From IMG/VR virus record IMGVR_UViG_3300010998_000812: a stretch of DNA of 60,742 bases. One strand, given 5' to 3'. Under the pieces are notes generated by a model that saw only the letters and a list, made by a program, of their open reading frames with translations, did not search any database and was not told where the DNA came from. The stretch comes from an uncultured virus (IMG/VR IMGVR_UViG_3300010998_000812). Lineage: Duplodnaviria > Heunggongvirae > Uroviricota > Caudoviricetes. Shown piece by piece: positions 40,384 through 49,945 of the stretch; position 1 is the stretch's first letter; each line of letters opens with the position of its first letter. The position numbers and the translations under genes are program-made.

Positions 40384-41874
40384 ATGGAACAGGAAATTAT
40401 TAAGAAGGAAAGAGAAGAAAGAGAAAGCGTGTTACTCAAATTCAAGGAGATTTTAGCAAAAGGCATGAAGCGGAAGGAGAAGAAAATCGCATTTGATGAC
40501 GATCCCGAAAATCATGGGTATACAAATCTTGCTCCTTTGGCAGAAGAAGCGGTAAGGCGCTATCTCTCCGAGCAGTACGGCAAAATATGCGGATGGGCGA
40601 ACAGCAAGTCAGACAAACCGTATATGAAGGTTTCGTCAAAGGTTTTCAACTATAAGGCTGGAGACAATCGTCGTACAGCGTTTGTTGAGATATTTCCCGA
40701 AAACCTTGAAAACATATGCAAGTCTCAGCTTGAATACATAAAAGCGATAAACGATGGGGAGAAGATACCTGAAGATATTGTAAAAGAGTTTCGGGGTAAT
40801 CCATACGAAACGTACGATACTAATGCGGATGTATTTATGGCGGCTACAATATATAGATGTTTCAATGAAGCTCTTGCGCCGGTAGTGAATATAAAGATTC
40901 GTGTCGGCACAGCTGCGGGCATGTGGTGGAGTGCCATAGAGGACGTGAACAATCTCGAAGGCGAATCATTCCTTTGTACACAGCTTTTTAACAAGACCAC
41001 CGGCAAACCCATTACGCCGTGTATCTTCGAACACTTTGCAAACAGCGCAATAGTAAAGGTTGACTATCCTGTAATAAAAGGCATTCGGTTTGTAAGCTTG
41101 GAAGACGCTATTAAGTCGTTTGTGGAAGAACAGGTTGGGAAACTGGCAGGGACATGGCGCGGCTCAGCAAAGTTACTTTCAGATATATACGGGAAAGAAA
41201 ACAAGGAGAATATGGCGGTTGAAAGAGGCAGAGACAAGCTTAAGATGGCGGAAAGCTTGATTCCGGACATGGAAGAGGGAGGCTACGCATTTAGGGTGGA
41301 GACAGGCGGCTTTACCCAAAACGATGTTTTTAAGCCTGAACCGGCAGTTGTTCGTGTAGGAAATCACAAGGGAAGCGTGAAGGCAAGCGCATTGAAAGAG
41401 CTGTTTCTGTCGCTTACTGAAAATAAGAAGGTCGAGAACTATCAGACCGAGATAACGGTAAGGGTGTACTGTTTTGTTAAACAGGATAACGGCGAAGTGA
41501 TATGCTACGAGCCTGTGTACGAACGCTATTCGATTGATGGAGAAGGCAATTACACCTATCTTGGCGGCATGCCGATAACGAAATACACTCTTCGTATTAA
41601 AGTTGACAGCGATGACGGTGCTTTAAGCAAGACGAGAATACTGTTTGGCAATGATCCGATGGAGCTCCACAAGAAGAAATTCTCCACTATTTTTGAGATG
41701 ATGGGCGGATTAACCGGAGCTATAAAGGTGAATACCACGACCTATGAGAGACAGGGCGAGTATTATATGAGTCCTCTGCCTGCCGGAAGCGTAGAGAGGT
41801 ATAACGTCTTGGAGAACAGAATCGTCGGCGAACGCAACGGAAAGGACGATATATTCTTCTCACTTGCATCATAA
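40384..41874 (+). CDS. Hypothetical protein; C-terminus paralogous to 35716..37635
   Basis: EITVRV...YEPVYERY.I...YLG. Confidence 0.85.
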   Translation: MEQEIIKKEREERESVLLKFKEILAKGMKRKEKKIAFDDDPENHGYTNLAPLAEEAVRRYLSEQYGKICGWANSKSDKPYMKVSSKVFNYKAGDNRRTAFVEIFPENLENICKSQLEYIKAINDGEKIPEDIVKEFRGNPYETYDTNADVFMAATIYRCFNEALAPVVNIKIRVGTAAGMWWSAIEDVNNLEGESFLCTQLFNKTTGKPITPCIFEHFANSAIVKVDYPVIKGIRFVSLEDAIKSFVEEQVGKLAGTWRGSAKLLSDIYGKENKENMAVERGRDKLKMAESLIPDMEEGGYAFRVETGGFTQNDVFKPEPAVVRVGNHKGSVKASALKELFLSLTENKKVENYQTEITVRVYCFVKQDNGEVICYEPVYERYSIDGEGNYTYLGGMPITKYTLRIKVDSDDGALSKTRILFGNDPMELHKKKFSTIFEMMGGLTGAIKVNTTTYERQGEYYMSPLPAGSVERYNVLENRIVGERNGKDDIFFSLAS

Positions 41875-41931
41875 AAATATCGGAGGGGCTTCGGCTCCTC
41901 TGTTCAAATATAATTCTTGAGGGAAACGGCA

Positions 41932-42495
41932 ATGAAATCGATAATTCTTATAAACAGCATAAACATCGGATTGCTTATTGCACTGATAGCTTTGTATGTC
42001 ATTCTCGGCTTTCCGGTATGGTTTTTGGCTATCTTTGGCGTATGGATATTATTTATTGTAATAAGCAATATATACTTGCTCAAAGCGAGTGATATCAAGT
42101 CGAAACTGATACAGGTGGATTCACGAGAAGAATTCAAAGGCTATGTTAAGGCGATCTGCAACGCCATTGACAGTATAGAATTCTTCAGGAAAGAGTTCAC
42201 AAGATACCCGCCGGACAGCAACGTGCGACAAACATTTGATACCTTGGACAAGAAAGCGTATCAGAATGCCGAGAGAGCCTATCGGTGGATAAAGACTTAC
42301 AATTATATCGTTATGCCGTCACAGGAGTATATAATAAGAATAGCGGAAAATAGCTATCAGATAACAGAGAATTTATCAAGGATGAACGATTTACTGATAA
42401 AAGCGGCTGACAGTTCGTCTAATGTCGATATATCTGAAGCTGACGATTTTATTGCAACTTTAAGAAACTCCCTTGAGGATTGGAAGTACGAGTAA
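41932..42495 (+). CDS. Membrane protein (2 TM plus helical domain), partner of the VWA gene
   Basis: Hydrophobic N-terminus; operonic with 42520. Confidence 0.75.
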   Translation: MKSIILINSINIGLLIALIALYVILGFPVWFLAIFGVWILFIVISNIYLLKASDIKSKLIQVDSREEFKGYVKAICNAIDSIEFFRKEFTRYPPDSNVRQTFDTLDKKAYQNAERAYRWIKTYNYIVMPSQEYIIRIAENSYQITENLSRMNDLLIKAADSSSNVDISEADDFIATLRNSLEDWKYE

Positions 42496-42519
42496 CAACT
42501 ATGATGAGGTGATTTTAAA

Positions 42520-44193
42520 ATGAACAATTCCAAAAATAAAACAGCGGTCATTGTAATGGTATCCATAGCGATATTCATTACAATAATAGCAGTCATTGTA
42601 GGCATAGCTGGCTCTCAGCTGCAAACGGCTCTTTCGGGCGAATCCGGCATTCCGAAAGGCGAGAGTCTCGACAGCCTTATGAAGCGCGTTCGCTATGATA
42701 CAGCGACTCCCGTCAAGGCATCAGTAAACATCATGGACAACAACCTTTACGACGAACTGCCGGAGATTGACAAGTACCCTCTGAAAGTCGAGGGACGCGG
42801 TGACATCGACATCGAGATATTTACATCCGGTGAAAAGGCGGGGACCGGAAATGATGCGTGGCTTATTGACTGTGCAAACAGCTTTAACAACCAGAATAAC
42901 AAGATAAACGGTCAGACAGTCAGCATATCCGTTCGTTCTGTGGCTTCGGGTCTTGCTGCCGATTATATAATCAGCGAGAAGTATCTTCCTGATTTGTACA
43001 CACCATCTAATGTATTATTCGGAGAATATGCGATAGTTAACGGAGGAAAGCTTGAACTTTATAACTCCAGACTTGTCGGAAACACAGCAGGTCTTCTTGT
43101 TAGAAAGAACTCCGGGTACACAAGCACTGACGAAGTGATAAATGACGTAATGGACGGTAAGATAAACATCGGCTACACTAATCCGCAGACATCAGCGACA
43201 GGGCTCAACCTTCTGCTTGATATTCTGAAGCGTCACGGCGATGTAACAAGTGATGCGGCTGTAAACGCTTTTGCAAAGTTCAATAATAACATACCTTTTG
43301 TAGCATACACCACACAGCAGATGGCGACCTCGGCAGCGAACGGTTCTCTTGACGGAATGACAATGGAGTACCAGACATACATAAATGACAGTAATCTTCA
43401 GAGTATGTATGACTTTATTGCATTCGGTCTCAGGCACGATAATCCGTTGTACCTTGTTGATAAGATGAGTAAGTCGTCGGATGAACTCGAAGCTATTGAT
43501 CTCATTAACAGGTATCTTATATCTTCGGATATGCAGCAGATAGCTACTCGCTATGGATTCAACAATAACGAAAGCTATAAGGACTCCTACACTGTAACAG
43601 GTTCAGAGGTAACGCAGGCGCTTAAGACGTATAAGAGTAAGAAAGATAACGGAAAAGACATTATAGCAGTATTCGTTGCGGACTGTTCCGGTTCAATGGC
43701 TGGCGCTCCCATATTACAGCTTAAAGAGTCGCTCTCGAACGGTATGCAGTACATCAACGAGAACAACTATGTAGGTCTTGTAAGCTACAGTTCTTGGTCT
43801 ACGATAGAGGTGCCGATAGCGCCATTTGATTTCAATCAGAAAGCGTATTTCCAAGGGGCGATAAACAATCTTACAGCTAACGGAGGCACAGCGAGCTACG
43901 AAGCTATATGTGTAGCTCTTGATATGATAGAAAAAGAGAAAGTAAACCATCCTGATGCAAAATGTATGATATTCTTGCTGACGGACGGCTATGCAAACGG
44001 CACAATGTCAATGAATTCCATAAAATATGCCGTAGTACAGTCGGAGGTTCCGATTTACACGATAGGATATACAGATCAGGCGGATATGAACTCTCTGAAG
44101 GAACTGTCCGGCATAAACGAGGCGGCAAGCATCAATGCTGACAGCGATGATATTATCTATCAGATAAAGAGCTTATTCAACGCACAACTGTAA
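42520..44193 (+). CDS. Membrane-anchored substrate-binding-fold plus VWA domain protein
   Basis: YTNP.TSATGLN region; MIDAS DCSGS, GGT, LLTDG. Confidence 0.88.
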   Translation: MNNSKNKTAVIVMVSIAIFITIIAVIVGIAGSQLQTALSGESGIPKGESLDSLMKRVRYDTATPVKASVNIMDNNLYDELPEIDKYPLKVEGRGDIDIEIFTSGEKAGTGNDAWLIDCANSFNNQNNKINGQTVSISVRSVASGLAADYIISEKYLPDLYTPSNVLFGEYAIVNGGKLELYNSRLVGNTAGLLVRKNSGYTSTDEVINDVMDGKINIGYTNPQTSATGLNLLLDILKRHGDVTSDAAVNAFAKFNNNIPFVAYTTQQMATSAANGSLDGMTMEYQTYINDSNLQSMYDFIAFGLRHDNPLYLVDKMSKSSDELEAIDLINRYLISSDMQQIATRYGFNNNESYKDSYTVTGSEVTQALKTYKSKKDNGKDIIAVFVADCSGSMAGAPILQLKESLSNGMQYINENNYVGLVSYSSWSTIEVPIAPFDFNQKAYFQGAINNLTANGGTASYEAICVALDMIEKEKVNHPDAKCMIFLLTDGYANGTMSMNSIKYAVVQSEVPIYTIGYTDQADMNSLKELSGINEAASINADSDDIIYQIKSLFNAQL

Positions 44194-44336
44194 TAGCAAA
44201 CTCTACAATTACAAAACAGAGGGGCTTCGGCTCCTCTTTTTGTTTTTCTTTCTATTATAGCATACTAATATTAGATTCATTATCAGACGAACGGAGTTTG
44301 TGTATGGATTATATATTATTATAGGAGGATTTTATA

Positions 44337-44783
44337 ATGTCAATTATTAAAGGTGACACTAAAGTAATGTCAGGAGAAAGAAGTAGGTCAAATTACTATG
44401 TCTTTAGAGTGTTCAACGAGGACTACTCTTTTGACAAGTATGACGACAACATCTACAATACCTCTGAAGCGCAGATAGCCAAGGATCCTATCGAATTCTC
44501 GAAAAAGCTTAAGGCTGAAATCAAGGTTTACAGCGGCACGGCAGAGGATCTCAGGACTGCTTGGCAGGCGCTTGCGGATATGTATATGGGATACACCTAC
44601 TGTATGAAGGAAGTTTTCCCTTACACACCCGAAAGCGGCAAGGAAGACGTAGAACATATCTTCTGCGGAGGTATCCTTGATCCGGATGATATAGACATCC
44701 TTGAGGAACACCTTACAGAAGGCAAGGGACTTTCCGGATTTGATAATCCGGCAGAGATAACTCCAGTGCCTGCGAATGCTTAA
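44337..44783 (+). CDS. Hypothetical protein
   Basis: AGGAGG RBS; CATACTA at 44261 with leader motif. Confidence 0.75.
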   Translation: MSIIKGDTKVMSGERSRSNYYVFRVFNEDYSFDKYDDNIYNTSEAQIAKDPIEFSKKLKAEIKVYSGTAEDLRTAWQALADMYMGYTYCMKEVFPYTPESGKEDVEHIFCGGILDPDDIDILEEHLTEGKGLSGFDNPAEITPVPANA

Positions 44784-44796
44784 GAGGAGGATATGT

Positions 44797-45189
44797 ATGG
44801 AAAAGTTCACAAAGAAGTATATGTTCAAGACGATTCAGGATGATGGTGCGTATGTATCCAAAGAAGCCGGAGTTTTTTGCAGAGATTTTAAGGCTATGCT
44901 CAAGAGAACACTTAAGGATACGGGTATAAATGTATCCAAATTTTCTATGGGGCATTATGACTTAAGCGGGTTCTGCGAGAAGGATGGCAGGTATGTGTAT
45001 TTCAGCTACAACATAAGAGATGCACAGGAAAATGGTCTTGGCTGTCTGAATTTCACTGATGACACCGTGATGAAAGGCGTTCTGGTCAGAACAGCTAAGC
45101 ATCTCAAGGATTATACCGGCGGCAGAAATCATTTTTGCAGCGTAAGAGATCTCCCCGAAACCATTGAAGAGGTTATGCTTGAATCGTAA
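44797..45189 (+). CDS. Hypothetical phage-type protein
   Basis: GHY..SGF...YVY.S...VRTA...KDYTGG.N. Confidence 0.8.
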   Translation: MEKFTKKYMFKTIQDDGAYVSKEAGVFCRDFKAMLKRTLKDTGINVSKFSMGHYDLSGFCEKDGRYVYFSYNIRDAQENGLGCLNFTDDTVMKGVLVRTAKHLKDYTGGRNHFCSVRDLPETIEEVMLES

Positions 45190-45199
45190 GGAGGATAAC

Positions 45200-45544
45200 A
45201 TGAGTGTCAACGATATATGGAAACCGGCTGTACACACAGGCACCGAAATGAAGCAAAAAGCTTATGAGGAGCTTGCTAAGTCAGGGCACGTTATGACTGA
45301 AGAGGAAGCCAAGAATCTTATAAATGAGGAATTTGGCTTTGAAATAAGTCGAATTGAAATCCTGAAAGAGGTAAAAAGCTACGAGGTCAACGAAGCAACC
45401 TGCCGGTTGCGGATTGCTGAAACTTATCAGCGCGAGCCTGTGTACGAAGCTACCGACTGGTATTACGTCAGGTTCAATGTACGCGGCAACTGCACATGGC
45501 AGTGGGAAGCCATAGACGGCGAACTGTACGAATATTGTACTTAA
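45200..45544 (+). CDS. Hypothetical phage-type protein
   Basis: EFGF...R.P.Y.ATDW.YVRF.V. Confidence 0.8.
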   Translation: MSVNDIWKPAVHTGTEMKQKAYEELAKSGHVMTEEEAKNLINEEFGFEISRIEILKEVKSYEVNEATCRLRIAETYQREPVYEATDWYYVRFNVRGNCTWQWEAIDGELYEYCT

Positions 45545-45616
45545 GAACACAAAAAAATAGGGATGCTGCCCGTGAAATGACGGCATCTTCTATGTCAAAG
45601 ACAGAAAGGAAGAAAT

Positions 45617-45970
45617 ATGAGCTACGAATCAATGATAACGGTCGCAGAGAAATGTGAGCGCAGCAAGACTTCAATATTTGAGATGCATTTAGCTACGATG
45701 GAACTGTGTCAGATGGAAGAAGGGTTTCGCAATATCTTCACCAAGCCTGTAACTTGGGAGAGACGTGATATGTCTGACACCGATATAACTACAGACAAGT
45801 ACGGGGATATCTGCAAATATGCAGATATTGACACGGTAATCGAATATCTTGAGAAGAGGATAGCCGGCGGTGACACCTACAGGAGGCTTAAGCCCTGTCT
45901 GGCGATGCTTAAAGCATACAAAGACGAGCTTTGGGACTATCCGCTGATAGTTATTCATTACGGTTACTGA
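45617..45970 (+). CDS. Hypothetical protein
   Basis: MSYES...D.YG...YRR...HYGY. Confidence 0.8.
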   Translation: MSYESMITVAEKCERSKTSIFEMHLATMELCQMEEGFRNIFTKPVTWERRDMSDTDITTDKYGDICKYADIDTVIEYLEKRIAGGDTYRRLKPCLAMLKAYKDELWDYPLIVIHYGY

Positions 45971-45991
45971 CGAATAAGGAGAGAATAAAGT

Positions 45992-46465
45992 ATGAGTACA
46001 AGGGCTATAGTCGGCGTAAAGAACGCTGACGGTTCTGTAATAGGGGCTTGGTGCTGGTGCGACGGATACGACATCAAAGATATCCTTCTTAAAAGCTTTA
46101 CAACAGCTGAAGATGTCAAGTTTTTACTCGCTCAAGGGATGTTTGAAACAATAATGTCTCAAGAGGGGGCGGTGGACTATGTTAATTTTCTTAAGGAAAA
46201 CGGCATCACCTCGGACGATAAAAGGTTTGTCTGCTATAAAGGTTCCTTTATAATATCTGATATAAGACATGAAAGCCGTACCGCTGAAATTTACAAGGAT
46301 ATGGATACGGCATCCGGTCAGGATATCAATGTGCTCTATCTCTTTGAAAACGAGCAGTGGCTTATGTACAAACATCATCCGGCATCTGAAGAAATACCCG
46401 TCAATCTTACGGAACGGAAAATCAGGAGAAAAACAAGAAAGGTAAGGGCTAAAAATGAAAATTGA
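45992..46465 (+). CDS. Hypothetical phage-type protein
   Basis: MSTRA.VG...DGY...YLF...W. Confidence 0.8.
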   Translation: MSTRAIVGVKNADGSVIGAWCWCDGYDIKDILLKSFTTAEDVKFLLAQGMFETIMSQEGAVDYVNFLKENGITSDDKRFVCYKGSFIISDIRHESRTAEIYKDMDTASGQDINVLYLFENEQWLMYKHHPASEEIPVNLTERKIRRKTRKVRAKNEN

Positions 46466-47036
46466 AAATGTAAGAGTTTACGATCTTGAAGAATGCTTCA
46501 AGGCAAGCAAGTATCCTATGGCGGTCGATACAGACTCCGTAGATGGAGAGATGACCAATCGTATCATAAGTCTGGCTCAGTCAGGCAAGGGCGAGGGTCA
46601 TGATCAGTTTATGACCGGCATAAGGGTCGCATTCGATCTGACATTCACAGTAAAGGCATGGACGGAAGCGGAAAGGTACAGGTTCCTTGAATTCGTGTCA
46701 AGTCAGTCAACGATGCACAGAATAGCAAAGTTCGACCTCTCAAAGCAGTACAACGAGTATGTTGACCCGCGTATAATCGAGGTTATGAACGAGCTGAAGG
46801 ACAAGTACAACGAGACACAGGATCCTGAGGATTACCTCAGGTTGCTTTACAGCAATCCTTGTGGCTTCGAGCTGACGGCGAGACTTACGACAAACTATCG
46901 CTGCCTGAAGACCATCTACTCACAGAGAAAGAACCATAGGCTTCCGGAATGGAGAGAGTTCTGTTCTTGGATAGAAACCCTCCCCTATGCCGAACAGCTT
47001 ATTACCGGTCAGTCCAAGGAGATTTCGGAAAAGTAA
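46455..47036 (+). CDS. Divergent ThyX/Thy1-like protein
   Basis: GHDQF, ERYR...SSQSTMH, N.R.L...QR..H.L.EW resemble ThyX motifs, but the canonical RHRx7S is altered. Confidence 0.6.
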   Translation: MKIENVRVYDLEECFKASKYPMAVDTDSVDGEMTNRIISLAQSGKGEGHDQFMTGIRVAFDLTFTVKAWTEAERYRFLEFVSSQSTMHRIAKFDLSKQYNEYVDPRIIEVMNELKDKYNETQDPEDYLRLLYSNPCGFELTARLTTNYRCLKTIYSQRKNHRLPEWREFCSWIETLPYAEQLITGQSKEISEK

Positions 47037-47053
47037 GAGAGAGGAGACCGACA

Positions 47054-47263
47054 ATGGCAATAAAAGCGAGCGAATACGAAATGAAAAAGCTCAGAGATTT
47101 CTTCGACGGCGGTGCGCACAACTGGAAATGCTCTTTCGATGAGTTTGTAAAGATCCAGTGCCAGTACTGTGACGCTAAAGAAGACTGCATACACAAGGAA
47201 GCTTATAGACGAGTTCCTGTAATAGACGGCGGTTTAGGTCTTTGTCCTAATCTGAACGAATGA
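47054..47263 (+). CDS. Small Cys-rich protein
   Basis: C..C....CIH..A.RR.P...GGLGLCP. Confidence 0.75.
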   Translation: MAIKASEYEMKKLRDFFDGGAHNWKCSFDEFVKIQCQYCDAKEDCIHKEAYRRVPVIDGGLGLCPNLNE

Positions 47264-47435
47264 ACTCAATATAATCTACACACATGAAAAGAGACGGTTC
47301 GCCGTCTCTTTTTTCTTTTCCGTTTCAACAATCATACTAATCTATATAAGGCAATCCAGCAAGCTGCTTAATAATTGAGTTGACGAGGATTAGCCTACAG
47401 TTATTCTAAATCAAGCAAATCGAAAGGATTCTACT

Positions 47436-48938
47436 ATGAACAAGGAAAGATTTATTGAAGTAGAGTACAGAGGAACGATAAAAATTCCGATTGACTCTTA
47501 CGCAACCATCACCGAGGAAGACATCAGAAGGAAGGCAGCTTCCGAGATAATCAAGCAGGAAGAAGGGGTAGAGAGCGTTGTTCTCAAGGATATACCGGCA
47601 ATAGGAACGGCTAAGTATTGGGACGCTCTCGAAAGAGGACTTATAACCCCTTGGATAGACGATTATGGCACGGTATGGGCAAAAGCGGGAGATGTCAATC
47701 GTTTTGCTGTTATACGCAGCGAGTGTAAAACACTTGAAGAGCTTAAAGCATCTATGACAACACTTGATATGGCTACAGCTATCCGTACATACGTATCGGA
47801 CTGGTGGCACAGGGTAAACGGAAGTACCGACACCGAGCACTCCGACCTTAGAAGCAAGGAAAGAGAAGATATGTCTAAGGCGTTCATCTATCTTTGTGAA
47901 GGTCATCTTTTCGAAGAGAGCGCTCCTCCTGTCGGCGCTGAGGATTTATACACAGCTATCGACGAGATGAAAGCTAAGGTGCAGAGGATGGACTGGTATC
48001 TTTCTGTGTATCCGGAGCTTGAAGACAATGAGCTTGAGTCAATAGAGCTTTGGTTTACATATATAAGGCTCGACGGAACGAGAACAAACTATGTTATAGA
48101 GTTCAGCGACCTCAGAAGAAAGAAGGAAGAGCTGGAGAAATATATATCGGACAATTTTGTAAGCTACTCTGAAATAATCCTCAATCAGCTCAACGACAAT
48201 ATTTGCTGCCAGTCAGATGACAATCTTCCGCTCACAAGCCTGATGATTGCCCTTGATGAAACTCTCTCCAATAACACACTGGAAGCTGAAGATATTATGC
48301 TTGGTCTTGAAAAAGGCGTTATCCGCATAGGAACTGATGCCAATAACACGATACAGGCAGAGATAGGTAAGGTGTTTTCTTTCGACTTTATCGGAGAAGC
48401 GGATGGAAAACTTTCCGTAGAGCAGATCAAGCGTAAATACTCCTCTATGGAGCTTGCAACACTTATGTGCGAAAAGCTCAATAAGGATGCTGATAAGGGA
48501 CTTTATGTGCTTTGCAGGCTTCTGGCGGAAGAGTGTATCGACTCAGAACAGATGTACGATGAAAATACTATCGAATATCTGATGCAGGGAGTAAAACAGA
48601 AAGCCAATAGTGTAGGAATAAGCGCATCGGTGTATATGAGCGGAGATAACAGCTCTGAACCGGAAAGTGCAAGTCTCTACTTTATAAAAGAAGGAACAGG
48701 GCTCATCGGAACGGCAGAACTCAAGAACATATATGAAGAAAGAAACTCCTCTTGGGGTATAAATGCGGCTATTGCCCATATCTGTGAAGAAATATCCGAA
48801 GACGATGGATACGCTGAAAACACTGACGAACTCAGAAGCACGCTGATAAATGCTCTCAACGAAGAGGTATCTAAAGTAGATGCGGCTACCGGCGTAATAG
48901 GCAGCGTTTTGAAGAACAGAGTCGTCGTTTGGATGTAA
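47436..48938 (+). CDS. Large acidic hypothetical protein
   Basis: 500-aa ORF; CATACTA at 47333. Confidence 0.8.
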   Translation: MNKERFIEVEYRGTIKIPIDSYATITEEDIRRKAASEIIKQEEGVESVVLKDIPAIGTAKYWDALERGLITPWIDDYGTVWAKAGDVNRFAVIRSECKTLEELKASMTTLDMATAIRTYVSDWWHRVNGSTDTEHSDLRSKEREDMSKAFIYLCEGHLFEESAPPVGAEDLYTAIDEMKAKVQRMDWYLSVYPELEDNELESIELWFTYIRLDGTRTNYVIEFSDLRRKKEELEKYISDNFVSYSEIILNQLNDNICCQSDDNLPLTSLMIALDETLSNNTLEAEDIMLGLEKGVIRIGTDANNTIQAEIGKVFSFDFIGEADGKLSVEQIKRKYSSMELATLMCEKLNKDADKGLYVLCRLLAEECIDSEQMYDENTIEYLMQGVKQKANSVGISASVYMSGDNSSEPESASLYFIKEGTGLIGTAELKNIYEERNSSWGINAAIAHICEEISEDDGYAENTDELRSTLINALNEEVSKVDAATGVIGSVLKNRVVVWM

Positions 48939-48951
48939 AGGAGTAAATAAG

Positions 48952-49719
48952 ATGTACGTTAAAGACAAGATAATAGTGAGCGATCCTTGGTTCAAGGATG
49001 ATCCTGAGTATTCCATACTGCTTGAAGACGCTATGACAGGCGAATATATTGCTAATTGCAGCGACGACAAGATAGAAATAAAGCACAACTCTCTCGAAAG
49101 AGACATTCAGTACTACGAGTGCGAGATAAATCGCATCAACGCAAGGCTCAACGCTCTTGTTGTAGGCATATTTGACAACGACTATTATTCCTGCAAGCAG
49201 GAGACCGAAGCATATCAGGATTGGCTTGAGCAGTTATCGGCTATCACCTATGTACAGATACCGAACAGCGAATACCTTGCGTTCTTGTACACAAAGTATT
49301 ACAACAATACCATTGATAAGCTGCTTATGGATATAAAGCTTCAGGCTGAAGAGGGTATCGACTACAGAGAGATAGTCTGTGAAGCAATGCTCAGACAGAT
49401 GCCTGAATATGAACAGGCAATAGTAGACAGCGTTAACGCGGCGTTTGATAGACATTACTTCGGAAGAGGAAAAGGCAGAATCGAACCCTCAGACGGAGTA
49501 AAAACAGCCGTCTATGGAGCTGTAAAGGCTATATTCGACCAGATACCTATTATTCAGTTCGATAAGACAAGAATAATGAAGACATTCGGCGAAGTTGACG
49601 GATACGGGCTCGTATCGGCTATTCAGGAAGAAGGACCTATGGGAAACCTGATAGTTATGTCACATAGGAATGCTGAGGGCTTGGTAGATTATGTGGGTGT
49701 TTCCACAAAAGTTATGTAA
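48952..49719 (+). CDS. Hypothetical protein
   Basis: AAGGAG RBS; IIVSDP motif. Confidence 0.8.
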   Translation: MYVKDKIIVSDPWFKDDPEYSILLEDAMTGEYIANCSDDKIEIKHNSLERDIQYYECEINRINARLNALVVGIFDNDYYSCKQETEAYQDWLEQLSAITYVQIPNSEYLAFLYTKYYNNTIDKLLMDIKLQAEEGIDYREIVCEAMLRQMPEYEQAIVDSVNAAFDRHYFGRGKGRIEPSDGVKTAVYGAVKAIFDQIPIIQFDKTRIMKTFGEVDGYGLVSAIQEEGPMGNLIVMSHRNAEGLVDYVGVSTKVM

Positions 49720-49723
49720 AACC

Positions 49724-49774
49724 TGTGTACGAAAAGCAAAACTGTTTTGATTCCAGTGCTGAACAATCATACTA
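49724..49774 (+). promoter_or_regulatory. TGTGTACGA-box CATACTA promoter upstream of ncRNA copy 5
   Basis: Box at 49724, -10 at 49768. Confidence 0.7.
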
Positions 49775-49797
49775 TTTAGCGAAAACACTAATAATTT

Positions 49798-49907
49798 GGG
49801 GCAGCTCGATGCCCTTGGGACGATGAAGTGGCATCTATAATGATGTTAACTCTCGTTAAGGTTAATTCACACATAGTATGCCGTGTGACGCTCTTTGAAG
49901 TGCGAGA
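49798..49907 (+). ncRNA. Dispersed structured RNA, copy 5
   Basis: 3' half identical to copy 2; P2 apex like copy 4. Confidence 0.85.
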
Positions 49908-49945
49908 TGTGTTGCGCAGTTTTTTGAAGGGCGATGAAGGTTAAT

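Noticed and set aside
8673..45447. TGTGTACGA occurrences inside CDSs (about 8674, 20469, 27932, 41514, 45439)
   Set aside because: Explained by Val-Tyr-Glu codons and not followed by CATACTA at 43-44 bp
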